Origin: Octopus bimaculoides
Lineage: Eukaryota
Assembly: GCF_001194135.2 (NCBI RefSeq)
Contig: NC_069003.1
Location: forward strand, 36,562,548 to 36,626,547
Length of the DNA: 64,000 nt
Direction: 5' to 3'
Shown in pieces: positions 63,119-64,000 of the stretch (position 1 is its first letter; each line of letters begins with the position of its first letter). The notes beneath the pieces are model-generated. The model had not been told where the DNA came from. It ran no database searches and saw only the letters and a program-made list of their open reading frames with translations. A program made the position numbers and the translations under genes.

Positions 63119-64000
63119 ACTAAGCATCTAATAATCATTCATTAATTTTAAAGTCAGGTGAAACAAAATAGCAGCCACTGCCAACAGCTTTTCCATTCTT
63201 CCAAGTGTTTAACAAAGCTGTTTATTCACAGCAGCAACTTTCTGTCTTCTTCGTATAAGGTTTCTTAAAACAACAGGAATTTAACCAAGAACATCAATGC
63301 TCTCTCTCTCTCTCCCTTTCTCGATTCCCAGTAGTAGCCTGCTGTACAACCTGCACTCTCTACTTGTTTCACATGAACAGCAGTAAAAAATACATCTTCA
63401 AACTGTTATTTGCTGACAATTGCATTTTTCTCCCAAACAGAAATAGTGATGCAGTAAATTGCTAACTATTTCTCTGAAGCTGCCAAAACATTTCAACATA
63501 CAAGATCTTTCTTTTCTTTTTAAATGAAAGAAAACAAAAAAGTAGGAAACCAGCCACGGCCATTAGAAGAAGCTTAGCAACCCTCAACAAGGATGATTCC
63601 CCAATCAACCACACTGCAGAACAGGTTTCATATCCCTACCTTGGTTGTGTCATATTTAACATCACATTATTCTGTCAATTACCCAAAACTATTAATTGAC
63701 AACATTAAGTTTGAATTTATATTCCTCGAATTGTGGTTAATATTTATAAACAATTACATTCTAATATTCACTGTAGCTGTTGAGAATTTTGTCTACTAGA
63801 AGCAGAAATAATGTAATCAATGATGTTTACTTGGCTGTTAATTATTTAAAACTTATTTTGCTCCATGCTAATTAACTTTTAGCTGCATATAATTGAATTC
63901 CAAGATTATTACTATTTTAAGCATTTTAAAGCAATCTAATTTGACGAGGACAGGCTTTCTTCTTTTCTCTTACATAGCTTTATTGTTTTTGTAAACGATT

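Noticed and set aside
1-64000. CRISPR arrays, rRNA, prokaryotic operons or defence systems
   Set aside because: None seen. The sequence is eukaryotic, and the short spaced repeats (23-bp and ~40-bp periods) have too few units and spacers too short for CRISPR.

Overview
AT-rich, microsatellite- and SINE-dense animal genomic DNA with several N gaps. The repeat families look like those I recall from octopus/coleoid cephalopods; this is an inference, not a database match. The main result is a minus-strand gene of about 43.6 kb that I assembled by hand from three exons with matching splice phases: 43588-43294 (interrupted by a 230-N gap), 24241-24065 and 363-29. It encodes a ~268-aa four-TM claudin/PMP22-like protein with a PPPPY motif and a C-terminal IYI. 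An intact tRNA-Leu(CAG) lies at 53304-53387. About 200 nt from the last exon's acceptor is a ~154-bp near-perfect palindrome from a Penelope-like element end, and it contains a structurally complete minimal type I hammerhead ribozyme (571-614). The remainder is decayed RTE/BovB-like, I-clade and possibly Gypsy retroelements, two mariner fossils, a mariner MITE, at least four short-repeat families and many microsatellites. CpG is eroded across the gene body and retained at about 47.5-61.5 kb. Most entries in the ORF track are microsatellite artefacts. Repeat boundaries are approximate.
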